Shown here piece after piece: positions 1 to 8,739 of a DNA stretch of 64,000 bases. Position 1 is the stretch's first letter. Every line of letters begins with the position of its first letter. A program made the translations under genes and the position numbers. Below the pieces are notes generated by a model. The model searched no databases. It saw nothing but the letters and a program-made list of their open reading frames with translations, and had not been told where the DNA came from. This DNA comes from Thermoleophilia bacterium (lineage in GTDB: Bacteria; Actinomycetota; Thermoleophilia; BMS3ABIN01). Location: the NCBI GenBank assembly GCA_014859345.1, contig JACUUL010000001.1:2720-66719 (forward strand), in the 5' to 3' direction.

Positions 1-381
1 GTGGCGGGTATGGTCGAAACGCTGGCGCAGCCAGTTAGAGGCGTCCTTGAACTTCTTGTATGTGATGAGACGGATGACCAGCTCTTCACGGGCCTCTTCA
101 GGGGTGAGCTCCTCCAGGTCGAACTCCCCGGGCCGGGGCAACAACTGGGCTGACTTTATCTCCAGGAGCGAGCTCATGAGGATGAGGAACTCACTGGCAG
201 CCTCCAGGTCCAGCTCCTCTTTTTGCTCCAGCCGCTCCAGGTAGGAGATGACAATTTCGGCCAGCGAAACCTCGAAAATGCTGATCTCCTCTCTGAGGAT
301 AAGCGTCAGAAGCAGATCGAAGGGGCCATGAAAGATCTCCAGGTCAAGGTCCGGCAGCTCCAGGTGCCAGTCACCTGCCAT
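1..381 (-). CDS. scpA: Segregation and condensation protein A (ScpA), N-terminal part; gene runs off the window start
   Basis: Minus-strand translation from ATG at 381 reads MAGDWHLELPDLDLEIFHGPFDLLLTLILREEISIFEVSLAEIVISYLERLEQKEELDLEAASEFLILMSSLLEIKSAQLLP. This fits the ScpA N-terminal pattern (FxGPLDLLLxLI..EI.I..I.LA.I..QYL.YL). No stop occurs before position 1. It is absent from the ORF track, probably because it is open at the edge. Confidence 0.55.
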   Translation of the reverse strand, partial: MAGDWHLELPDLDLEIFHGPFDLLLTLILREEISIFEVSLAEIVISYLERLEQKEELDLEAASEFLILMSSLLEIKSAQLLPRPGEFDLEELTPEEAREELVIRLITYKKFKDASNWLRQRFDHTRH

Positions 382-480
382 CAAACCACCCCCGACCGCG
401 GGTAATGCCTGCGTTCGCGTGCCATCTCCCGCCTGCTTTTCTCCGCGCAGCCTGGGTTCCTGTTGCCGCTTTTTCCCTTT

Positions 481-1491
481 TTATATCCCGATCGCCTCGC
501 ATGCCTCCCCCAGCACTTCGGATGCGACTTTCTGGGCCCGCTGGCGGCCATCCTCCAGGATCGCCTCGATGCGACCAGGTTCGGTCATCAGCCGGCTCCG
601 TCTTTTCTGGATGGGTTCCAGCATGCCCACGACCCGGTCCGCCAGCCGACCCTTGCATTCGGTGCAGCCGATGGCGGCGGCGCGGCAGGCCCTGTCGATT
701 TCGTCAAGCTCCGCTGGCGGCGCCTCGAAAAAGCTGTGATAGGAAAAGACGTTGCAGGCTTCCGGATGGCCGGCGTCCCTGAGCGTCTTGCGGGCCGGAT
801 CGGTGTACATGGACATGACTTTTTTGCGCACGGTCTCGGCGTCGTCGGCCAGGTCGATGGTATTTCCGTAGGACTTGCTCATCTTGCGGCCGTCCAGCCC
901 CTGCAGGCGGGGCGTCTCGGTCAGTATCGCCCGGGGCTCCGGGAAGACCGGGCCGTAGAGCCCGTTGAAGCGGCGCACAATCTCACGGGCCAGCTCGAGG
1001 TGCGAAACCTGGTCCTCCCCCACCGGCACCCGGCCGGCCTTGTACAGGATGATGTCGGCGGTCTGCAGCACGGGATAGCCGAGGAAGCCGAAGGTGGCTA
1101 TGTGCTCGCCCAGCTCGCTGATCTGCTCCTTGTATGAAGGTACGCGGGTGAGCCAGGAGACCGGCACCAGCATGCCCAGCAGCAGGGCCAGCTCGCTATG
1201 CTCGCGAACGTCGGACTGCCGGAAGATGACGCTGCGCTCGGGGTCGATGCCCACCGCGATCCAGTCAGCCACCATCTCGACGCCATCGGCCTTCATGCCG
1301 GCGACATTATCGAAGCGGGTGGTGAGCGCATGCAGGTCGGCCACACAGTAGAAGCAGTCATAATCCTCCTGCAGCCTTACCCAGTTGGGTAGCGCCCCAA
1401 GAAGGTGGCCCAGATGCAGGCGGCCCGTGGGCCGCATTCCGGAAAAGACTCGCTCGCGCGGGGGAAGCCGGGGTTCCTTGGGTTCGGACAT
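481..1491 (-). CDS. trpS: Tryptophan--tRNA ligase (class I aaRS)
   Basis: 336 aa. N-terminal RPTGRLHLGHLLG (HIGH-type motif) and KMSKS near the C-terminus; size and motifs typical of TrpS. Confidence 0.88.
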   Translation of the reverse strand: MSEPKEPRLPPRERVFSGMRPTGRLHLGHLLGALPNWVRLQEDYDCFYCVADLHALTTRFDNVAGMKADGVEMVADWIAVGIDPERSVIFRQSDVREHSELALLLGMLVPVSWLTRVPSYKEQISELGEHIATFGFLGYPVLQTADIILYKAGRVPVGEDQVSHLELAREIVRRFNGLYGPVFPEPRAILTETPRLQGLDGRKMSKSYGNTIDLADDAETVRKKVMSMYTDPARKTLRDAGHPEACNVFSYHSFFEAPPAELDEIDRACRAAAIGCTECKGRLADRVVGMLEPIQKRRSRLMTEPGRIEAILEDGRQRAQKVASEVLGEACEAIGI

Positions 1492-1582
1492 GGAGGGATT
1501 TTATCGGAGCGGGGCGGAATATTAAAGCGGCGCGGGGGGAAATCAATTCCGCGGTCCGCGTGATGAGAATTGCGTGGCGGGT

Positions 1583-1945
1583 TTATTCGAACTGGCTGAG
1601 CTGATCCTCGTCCATGCCGAAATAATGGCCCAGCTCGTGCATGACCGTTTTGAGCACCTGCTCCCGGATTTCCTCGTCGGTTCGGCAGATCTGCAAGATG
1701 GGAAGGCGGAAGATCGTGATGCGGTCTGGAAGGACGCCCGCGTAGCCGAAGTCGCGCTGCGTGAGTGGAATTCCCTCATAGAGGCCCAGCAGATGATACG
1801 GGTCCCCCTCATCCATCTCATCCATCTGGCCGGGCCCGGGAAGGTCGGCGACATGGATGGCCACGTTTTCCAGCGCCTGGAAAAACTTTTCCGGAAGCGC
1901 GGCCAGGGACTCGCCTACCAGCTGTTCAAATCGCGCCGGATCCAC
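1583..1945 (-). CDS. Small zinc metallopeptidase-like protein (MMP-like minimal metalloprotease domain, COG3824-type)
   Basis: 120 aa with HELGHYFGMDEDQL (HExxH zinc-binding motif) near the C-terminus. Confidence 0.45.
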   Translation of the reverse strand: MDPARFEQLVGESLAALPEKFFQALENVAIHVADLPGPGQMDEMDEGDPYHLLGLYEGIPLTQRDFGYAGVLPDRITIFRLPILQICRTDEEIREQVLKTVMHELGHYFGMDEDQLSQFE

Positions 1946-2017
1946 CGGGTTTCACTCCTTGTCAGATTTGAGCGGATGGTTCTCTCATCGGCCGCCGGAA
2001 AGAAAATCTGCAGCGCC

Positions 2018-2962
2018 TCAGGTCCAGTGCAGCACAGCATAGGCGGTGGCCGTCCACAATACCACATTTATCAGCAAAGGTACATCGGTAAGAAGCACCT
2101 GCTCCGGGGAGCCGCCCCGCTGGCGGCGGTGCAGAAGATACAGATACCGGAATAAGCCATAAAGCACAAACGGGATGGTCAGCATCATCCATTCAGAGTC
2201 CAGCGCCGTGAAGCTGTACAGGGAATAGGAAACCAGGCTGGCAGCGGCCGCCACCCCAATCATCTGGTCCAGGAGCGCGAGGCTGTAATGCTCGAGGATG
2301 CTGCGATGATTGGCCGACTCTCCTTCCAGCAGCGTCAGTTCCGCCCTTCTTTTCGCCAGAGCCAGGAAGAGGGCCAGGAGCAGCGTGCATAGTACCAGCC
2401 ACGGTGAAATATAGGCGTGTATGACCGCGCCTCCCGCGACGGCCCTGAGGACAAACCCCGCGGCTATGCCCAGCACATCGAGTATCATCAGATGCTTCAG
2501 CACAAACGTGTACAACAGTTGCAAGACAATGTAGAAGGCAAAGAAGAGGGACATCAAAGGCTCGATCGCCAGCCCGAAGCCCAGGGCCGCCGCAATCAAC
2601 AGGCCGGAAATGGCTACGGCAGTGGCCGCGTCCACCCGGCCGCTGGCGATGGGGCGGTCTTTCTTGACCGGGTGAAACCGGTCCCGCTCCCTGTCAAGAA
2701 CGTCATTTATCAGATAGCCGGCCGACACAACCGCGCAGAATCCGGCAAAGGCGGCCCAGACTGTCAGCTGCAGGTCCCAGTTAAAGACGTTCTGGGAAAA
2801 GATCAGCCCGGCGAAAACGACCAGGTTCTTGATCCACTGCTTCGGCCTGAGCGACACCAGGATGTCCCGGGCCAGTCCGGCCCGGCTCTTCCCGGCGCCG
2901 GCCAGAGGGCTGCCGCCGATCTCCCCGTCTGGAGCTATCCCCCGGCTGTCGAAATTATCCAT
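2018..2962 (-). CDS. UbiA-family prenyltransferase, decaprenyl-phosphate phosphoribosyltransferase (DPPR synthase, Rv3806c-like)
   Basis: 314 aa polytopic membrane protein. LRPKQWIKNLVVFAG and NDVLDRERDRFHPVKKDRPIASGRV (NDxxDxxxD...KxRP) match the Rv3806c-type UbiA family. Overlaps the upstream GT-C gene by 8 nt. Confidence 0.65.
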   Translation of the reverse strand: MDNFDSRGIAPDGEIGGSPLAGAGKSRAGLARDILVSLRPKQWIKNLVVFAGLIFSQNVFNWDLQLTVWAAFAGFCAVVSAGYLINDVLDRERDRFHPVKKDRPIASGRVDAATAVAISGLLIAAALGFGLAIEPLMSLFFAFYIVLQLLYTFVLKHLMILDVLGIAAGFVLRAVAGGAVIHAYISPWLVLCTLLLALFLALAKRRAELTLLEGESANHRSILEHYSLALLDQMIGVAAAASLVSYSLYSFTALDSEWMMLTIPFVLYGLFRYLYLLHRRQRGGSPEQVLLTDVPLLINVVLWTATAYAVLHWT

Positions 2963-4508
2963 CTTGGTAAGTCCATTGTCCCGTGCCCTGATCCAGCGCT
3001 CTTATGAGCCTCAGCAACCCGGTTTCGGAATCGTAGCTGAACAAATAGCCATCTCCCTCATCTCTGGCAGATTTGACTGAGCTGCCCAGATATATGACCT
3101 TCAGGTCGTCCCTGTCATAGGCGATGCGTATGGCCGGCTGCAGGCCGGTGATAAAAACATACGCGCCTCCCTGCCATTCAGGGACGCCCCTGAAATAGAT
3201 TTTAGCATTCTCATGAGGGTCGGGAAGCAGGGCCCGGGCCTGCAGGGGCAGGCTGTGGTTTATGGCGGCCGCCCTCTCCCAGGGCCTGTTATTGAAATTC
3301 ACTCCCACAAAATACACCGGCAGCAGGGCCAGCAGGGCTGCCGCCGCGCCTATCTGCCACTTGCGGTTTTTCCATCCGAACTCGAGCAGCCCCAGCGCTA
3401 CCAGTGACAGAACGGCCAGTGTGGGAAAATACAGCACACGAATTTCCCGGAGGCTGTGATTCACTCCCATCATAAAGAGCTGTGCATAAACAGGCGCAAT
3501 CGAGGCGCCGAGGAAAACTGCCATGAACAGCCACAGCCGTCTGATTCCCGCAGATGTGCGCTGCCAGCGCCAGAACACGACCAGAAGCGCCGACAGGCAC
3601 AACAAGCTGGTAAACGCCAGCAACGCATATATGGCCCCCATGGGAAACTCATGACTATTAAGCGGCGACAGGAGAGTAGTGATGGTGCGGGCGGCGGCGC
3701 CCGGATAGGGCCTGCCTATGACAGGCACATCCTGGTATCCGCCCAGGCGCCCCAGGCTGGCGTAGCGCACGGCGATATGGCCCATGAATATCACAAAAAA
3801 AATCGAAAGCCTCGCAAGCGGCCCGTACATGCGCGGCAGAAGCGAAGTCAGATCCGCCCGGACACTGTCGGCTTCCCGAGTTCTGTCCTCCGATGGAAAC
3901 CGGCGGCCATACAGCAATTCCATGGCCGGAACAAGCACAATCAGGACCATCGCTGTCTCTTTGCTGAAAAACGCTGCGACAGCCGCCAGCATGGCTCCTG
4001 CGAAGGCAAAGCGGTTCCCTGACCTGATGGTGACCCCGTAAAGGCACAGTGCCAGCAGGGTGAACATCAGAGCCAGAAGATCAAAGCGTCCAGACACCCA
4101 GGTAACCGTCTCCGGAGCCACCGGGCTGATTACGAACAGCGTCGCGGCAAGTCCCGCGGAAAGCCTGCGGGCTCCCCAAATCGTAAGGAACCAGAAGAGC
4201 AGATATGCTGTCGCCGCCTGCAACAGGGTATTGATCAGATGAGCGGGCCAGGCCGACATCCCGAAAACGTTATATTGAATCCACCACACAAACAGCGGTA
4301 CTGGCCTGACGAAGCTGGGCAACACCGTAAACAGCTGCCAGAGGCCGGTAACCTCCAGGGAGCCGGCCCTGCTTATGAAGGCGAAGTCATCGGCGATGAA
4401 CGTGTTGTTCATTACAGTCCAGTAGGCTGCCACAACCAGGCCAAAAAGGAAGGCAAACATTGATAGTCCGGACAAACCAGACTTTCTCGTCCATGACATA
4501 TCACTCAT
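2955..4508 (-). CDS. GT-C fold membrane glycosyltransferase (ArnT/PMT_2-like), paralog 1
   Basis: 517 aa, about 12 predicted TM helices, acidic DD motif in the first loop (FIADDFAF), C-terminal soluble domain. Clear similarity along its length to the upstream 514-aa paralog (AYWTVMNNTFIADDF vs AVYWPVLNNTLISDDH; DGYLFSYDSETGLLRLI vs DGYLIDYDQEQGLLRLV). Confidence 0.45.
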   Translation of the reverse strand: MSDMSWTRKSGLSGLSMFAFLFGLVVAAYWTVMNNTFIADDFAFISRAGSLEVTGLWQLFTVLPSFVRPVPLFVWWIQYNVFGMSAWPAHLINTLLQAATAYLLFWFLTIWGARRLSAGLAATLFVISPVAPETVTWVSGRFDLLALMFTLLALCLYGVTIRSGNRFAFAGAMLAAVAAFFSKETAMVLIVLVPAMELLYGRRFPSEDRTREADSVRADLTSLLPRMYGPLARLSIFFVIFMGHIAVRYASLGRLGGYQDVPVIGRPYPGAAARTITTLLSPLNSHEFPMGAIYALLAFTSLLCLSALLVVFWRWQRTSAGIRRLWLFMAVFLGASIAPVYAQLFMMGVNHSLREIRVLYFPTLAVLSLVALGLLEFGWKNRKWQIGAAAALLALLPVYFVGVNFNNRPWERAAAINHSLPLQARALLPDPHENAKIYFRGVPEWQGGAYVFITGLQPAIRIAYDRDDLKVIYLGSSVKSARDEGDGYLFSYDSETGLLRLIRALDQGTGQWTYQDG

Positions 4509-4555
4509 CGATGGCCCCTGTTGCGCTCAGAATTCTTGAACAAAGCGGCTCCATG

Positions 4556-6100
4556 TCAATTATCCTTGACCAATCTCAAAAGGCCCTGCTCCTGGTCATA
4601 ATCAATTAGGTAGCCATCAGTATCACTTTCAGGCAAAGGCTCATCGAAGTAATCCCCTGATGCCAGTCTCCTGACGCGGGTCACAATAATGTCGTCGCGG
4701 CCATACGCAGAATATAAAGCTTGCCGGAATCCAATCACGAAGACATAGCTGTCTTTCCAGGCAGGCACATGGATGAAGGTCATCCTGGCATTCTGCGGCG
4801 GATCAGGTATCAGCTCCACAGTCTGTTTTGGAATACTGTAATTCATTGCCGCTGCCCGCTGCCACGGACGGTTGTTGGCATGCAGTCCCGCTATATATAC
4901 CGGCAGCAAGACCGATAAGGCCAGGATTGCGAAAATCCGCCATGACCGTTTATGCCAGCCGAATTCCAGCATGCTGATAGCCAAGAGGGCCAGAACCGCA
5001 AGAGTCGGGGAATAAAGCAGGCGGCTCTCGCGAAGATTATTGGAAACGCCTGTCTGAGAAAGAACGGCATAACCGGGAAGAAGGGAACCGATTAAAAAGA
5101 TGATCATAAAGACAAGCATTTTTTTTGAATCGGCCGCGGCCCGGCGCCAGCGCAAAATGACAAGCGATCCACCGATGAGGAAAAGAGTGGCAGAGTAAAA
5201 ACCCAGGTAACGGATCAACCCCCATGACACCTCCGCGCTGTTTAGCGGCGATAGTGTTGTCTTTAAAGTGCTCAAGGCGTTTGCTCCCGGCAAAGCAAGC
5301 AACGGGAGGTCGCCATAACCGCCCATTCTCCCGAGAATCGCATAATGAAGCACAACGCTGGCGAACACGATCACGGAAAAAACAAACATCCTTGTCAGAA
5401 ATTTCCAATCAGAAAATTGAGCCCGGCTATTATTTATCAGCATTTTGGCAATATTGGCTTTCCTGCTGTCAATAGCGTAGGAGGATCTGTCCGCATAAAG
5501 AAGCTCCATGGCGGGCAACATCAGGACAAGCATGTATGCCTGTTCCTTGCTTAATAAGGCGGCCATGGCGGCCGCCATGGCCGTGCCGAAATAACCCCAG
5601 CTTTTCTTTTTGAGTGCGAAGAAATAAAGTCCGACAGTCAACAACGTGAAGAACAGCGCCATCAAATCATGCCGTCCAGACAGCCAGGTGGCCGCTTCCG
5701 GCGCGACTGGCGTCACTAAAAAAAGTACCGCAGCGGCAGTGGCCGTAAGACCGCGTGCCCCAAGCATTCGTAAAAGCCAAAACATAAGGCTGGCGACGCC
5801 CGCGTGCAGAAACACATTGATTAAATGCGCGGGCCAGGGATTAAAGTCAAAAAGGCGAAACTGGATCCAATAGGTCAGCCAGGTGAATGGCCGAACAGAG
5901 AAGTTTGACTGCAGAGTGAATAAGGAACCAAGCTCGGAGACTGGCAAGGAGCGCAACTCATAATAATAGAAGTGGTCATCGGAGATGAGAGTGTTGTTGA
6001 GCACTGGCCAGTACACCGCCACCGCCAGTCCGGCAAGAAGAATGAACAAGAAAAACAGTCCGCTCAGATTCTTTGATTTATTCTCTTTCCCCCCTTTCAC
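4556..6100 (-). CDS. GT-C fold membrane glycosyltransferase (ArnT/PMT_2-like), paralog 2 (lower GC)
   Basis: 514 aa, same architecture and conserved blocks as 2955..4508, but markedly lower GC (about 45% vs about 60%). Confidence 0.45.
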   Translation of the reverse strand: MKGGKENKSKNLSGLFFLFILLAGLAVAVYWPVLNNTLISDDHFYYYELRSLPVSELGSLFTLQSNFSVRPFTWLTYWIQFRLFDFNPWPAHLINVFLHAGVASLMFWLLRMLGARGLTATAAAVLFLVTPVAPEAATWLSGRHDLMALFFTLLTVGLYFFALKKKSWGYFGTAMAAAMAALLSKEQAYMLVLMLPAMELLYADRSSYAIDSRKANIAKMLINNSRAQFSDWKFLTRMFVFSVIVFASVVLHYAILGRMGGYGDLPLLALPGANALSTLKTTLSPLNSAEVSWGLIRYLGFYSATLFLIGGSLVILRWRRAAADSKKMLVFMIIFLIGSLLPGYAVLSQTGVSNNLRESRLLYSPTLAVLALLAISMLEFGWHKRSWRIFAILALSVLLPVYIAGLHANNRPWQRAAAMNYSIPKQTVELIPDPPQNARMTFIHVPAWKDSYVFVIGFRQALYSAYGRDDIIVTRVRRLASGDYFDEPLPESDTDGYLIDYDQEQGLLRLVKDN

Positions 6101-6406
6101 GATGCTTCCGGCTCCAATTGAAATGAATGGGAAAAAAAGTACCGAAAATTATCAGCCAGCGGCTGTATTTTGTTCTTCGGGCTAACAAAACGCAGTTCCA
6201 TTGACAGGAAAGCACTGCAGCCATTTAAAACGAAAGACGCGGCCGCTATGAAATGAACCGTGCTGCCTAACGAGCGTCCAAAGTATTTTGAAAGGAAGAA
6301 CCGGGGAAATGCGGTTAAGGGGATGACGATGCCCCTGACGAAATTCATGGGATATGCAGGTGTGATGCTTCCCCACCTCCAAGGAAACAAACGGCTTTGA
6401 GAGGTT

Positions 6407-6440
6407 TTATTGTAGTATAAATATGGTTAAAGAGAAATGG
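6407..6440. promoter_or_regulatory. Copy A of a conserved about 34-nt intergenic motif (ATTGTAGTATAAAT...GAGAAATGGG)
   Basis: Exact 11-mer ATTGTAGTATA and GAGAAATGGG block are shared with 8065..8098. Both copies lie 30-60 nt 3' of a minus-strand stop codon. Confidence 0.3.
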
Positions 6441-6473
6441 GATGACCGGGTTTGTCCGGGAAGGGCTGTCTAA

Positions 6474-7925
6474 TTAAGGATGCCTCGGAATTTCTCTTTT
6501 TTTAAGCCAAAAATTTCGATTGAACAGGACAGTCCAGATGCGTTTGAGGATTACCTTGAGCTGATAAAGAGTCTTTATTTCCCTGGCCATCCCCCAGATC
6601 ACCCGTGGCCTGACATAAAATCCGATGACTGCTTTCCTGACGAATTTCTCAAGGACCCGGGAGTCAATTTCAGACACAAAAGGAATGATCTGGTAATACA
6701 AGAATTTGTTCCAGTCAAAATCTTCCGCCGGGACTTTTTTCCTCCAGTCTGAATAAATTTCAGTTCCGGGCAAGGGCATGACAGGAGAAAAGCTTGCCTT
6801 GTTCAGCTTCAGCCTTCTGGAAAATCTTATGGTCTTCTTAATCTCCTCCACTGTCTCCCCGGGATATCCCAGAAGAAAAAAGCCGGTCACGTTTAAATTG
6901 GACGAATTTTTAATAAGATCCACCTTCTCTTCAATCTGGTCCGTCGTGAGTTTCTTTCTCATCCTCCTGAGGACATCGTCGGATCCCGATTCAATCCCGA
7001 CAGCAACCGAATAGCACCCCGAGTCTTCCATGGCTTCAAGCATCTCCGCGTCGATGCGGTCAAGCCTGATTCCGTTCGGGCAGGCCCATGGCATTCTTAA
7101 ATTCCTTCGCTTCACAAGCGATGTGAACTCCATGACGTAATCCTTCTTCATCGTGAAGTTGTCATCTTCGATATGGAATTCCTTGATTCCATAATTTCTG
7201 ACCAGATACTCGATTTCATCAACGACATCCTCTGCCGGCCTGTACCTGATTTTTCTGCCGAACACCTTAAACGCGGCGCAGAAGGTGCACGGATAGGGAC
7301 AACCCCGGGAAGTCAACACCGGAGCGACCGGATATCCGCGCGAAAAGGTGCCGTGAGGAGATATGGGATATGTCCTGGGATCGATGAGGTCCCAGGCGGG
7401 GCGGGGAAGCGTGGCAAGATCTTCCGACTGAGCTATCTCGTTTATGCAGACTTCACCTTCATTAACCGGGTAAGCCACGTTCTTTATGCCGGCAAGCCTG
7501 GTTTTGTCATCAAGATCGCCCTTGTCGAGCTTCATCAGTTCCACGATGGCCTCTTCTCCTTCGCCGACCACCGCGCAATCAACGTCCGGTAATATCGAAA
7601 ACGTCTGCTCTACATCTCCCGATGGATGGGGGCCGCCCAGAACCAGGATGGCCTCCTCGTTCAAAGCCCGGGCAACATGGACCATCCGCCTGGCGGACGG
7701 GATGCCGCTGGTATAAACCTGAAAGCCGATAAGATGGAATTCCTTTCCCGACAGATATCCCCTGAAATCCTCAGGGCCGATATCTTCCTTGTTGCAATCG
7801 AGAATCACCGCGTCCAGCCCGCTTTCCCGAAGCGAGGCGGCGAGATAGCCGAGACCCAGGTTAGGCATGACGCTATAGGTGTAAACGTCTTTTGGTTTTA
7901 TCAATAAGGCTTTTCTTTGTTCCAT
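6474..7925 (-). CDS. B12-binding radical SAM protein (class B radical SAM)
   Basis: 483 aa. N-terminal cobalamin-binding (Rossmann-like) domain, then CPYPCTFC (CxxxCxxC radical SAM cluster motif). Lower GC than the surrounding genome. Confidence 0.8.
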   Translation of the reverse strand: MEQRKALLIKPKDVYTYSVMPNLGLGYLAASLRESGLDAVILDCNKEDIGPEDFRGYLSGKEFHLIGFQVYTSGIPSARRMVHVARALNEEAILVLGGPHPSGDVEQTFSILPDVDCAVVGEGEEAIVELMKLDKGDLDDKTRLAGIKNVAYPVNEGEVCINEIAQSEDLATLPRPAWDLIDPRTYPISPHGTFSRGYPVAPVLTSRGCPYPCTFCAAFKVFGRKIRYRPAEDVVDEIEYLVRNYGIKEFHIEDDNFTMKKDYVMEFTSLVKRRNLRMPWACPNGIRLDRIDAEMLEAMEDSGCYSVAVGIESGSDDVLRRMRKKLTTDQIEEKVDLIKNSSNLNVTGFFLLGYPGETVEEIKKTIRFSRRLKLNKASFSPVMPLPGTEIYSDWRKKVPAEDFDWNKFLYYQIIPFVSEIDSRVLEKFVRKAVIGFYVRPRVIWGMAREIKTLYQLKVILKRIWTVLFNRNFWLKKREIPRHP

Positions 7926-7957
7926 ATCCCGGCAAGGTCCGTTATCGCGGCGCGGCA

Positions 7958-8007
7958 GGAAAGGAAAACCGGCGCACGCAACCGAAAATTCGCGCCGGCC
8001 TTTTTCT
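7958..8007. terminator. Bidirectional rho-independent terminator-like hairpin
   Basis: CCGGCGC-16 nt loop-GCGCCGG (7969-7998), followed by TTTTTCT on the plus strand and preceded by GGAAAGGAAAA (T-rich on the minus strand). Lies between the Cys-rich gene and the radical SAM gene. Confidence 0.4.
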
Positions 8008-8064
8008 ATCCCGGAGGTTCAGGCTGTCCCGAACACTCACTCGACAGACGTAAATGGGAAGTTA

Positions 8065-8098
8065 AATTGTAGTATATATGCGATTCGAGGAAAATGGG
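8065..8098. promoter_or_regulatory. Copy B of the conserved intergenic motif (ATTGTAGTATATAT...GAGGAAAATGGG)
   Basis: See copy A at 6407..6440. An additional AAATGGGAAG sits just upstream at 8053-8062. Confidence 0.3.
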
Positions 8099-8160
8099 CA
8101 GGGAACAGCCCGTGTATGTCAGGGAATCGCAGAGTATTGCGCCTGTCCCGGGCGAGACAG

Positions 8161-8532
8161 CTAGGTATTATTGGGATAAACAGCTTCTTCCGCGGAATAG
8201 CGGTCCCTCAGGGCGCGCCGGCAGTTATCTCCATGCTCACGGTTATATGCCTTCTCTACCGTGACCGAACAACGGTCCAGGGGGGGCCTGACAACCTTGA
8301 CCGCGCCGAAGCCTCCCTTGCGCTTCTCCAGCTCCTTGAAGCCTTCCAGGTCGATCTCCACGGCGAAGACCTTGTAAAGGCAGCCAAAGTAGGTGCCGGA
8401 ATTGCCCTCGTCATAGGAATATATATATTTGCAGCCGGAATTGAAACAATTGGCCGGGTAGATGACCTTCTCGCAGAGCACGCCGCACTCGGCGCATTCG
8501 AGTTCTTCGCTTAGTTCCAGAATTAAAGACAT
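8161..8532 (-). CDS. Small cysteine-rich hypothetical protein (possible metal/Fe-S binding)
   Basis: Starts at internal ATG 8532 (MSLILELSEELECAECGVLCEKVIYPANCFNSGCKYIY...). The eight Cys fall in CxxC-like clusters. Divergent from nrdJ. No confident family assignment. Confidence 0.3.
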   Translation of the reverse strand: MSLILELSEELECAECGVLCEKVIYPANCFNSGCKYIYSYDEGNSGTYFGCLYKVFAVEIDLEGFKELEKRKGGFGAVKVVRPPLDRCSVTVEKAYNREHGDNCRRALRDRYSAEEAVYPNNT

Positions 8533-8739
8533 TTGTACCTTTCGCTTTGCCGCAGCCCGGGTCCTGATAAAACCGTCCGGGGATTTCGAACCTGCAGAGC
8601 CGCTCGTTTCCAAACTGCATAATTGTACTGCCTCGGGGAGCTTTGGGCAAGGTCTTGCGGTTCAATTATTTTGAGAGGGGGTAGAAGAAAACAAGATTGA
8701 ATCCGGCAGGCGCCTGAACCGCTGCGTTTCAAAGAAACA

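Noticed and set aside
405-1137. Plus-strand ORFs (125, 106 and 224 aa) overlapping trpS
   Set aside because: Antisense to a high-confidence TrpS gene. No motifs.
8533-8739. Possible B12 riboswitch upstream of nrdJ
   Set aside because: No B12-box (GCCACUG) or GGGAA/GGUG conserved blocks are present. Class II RNR would not be expected to be B12-repressed.
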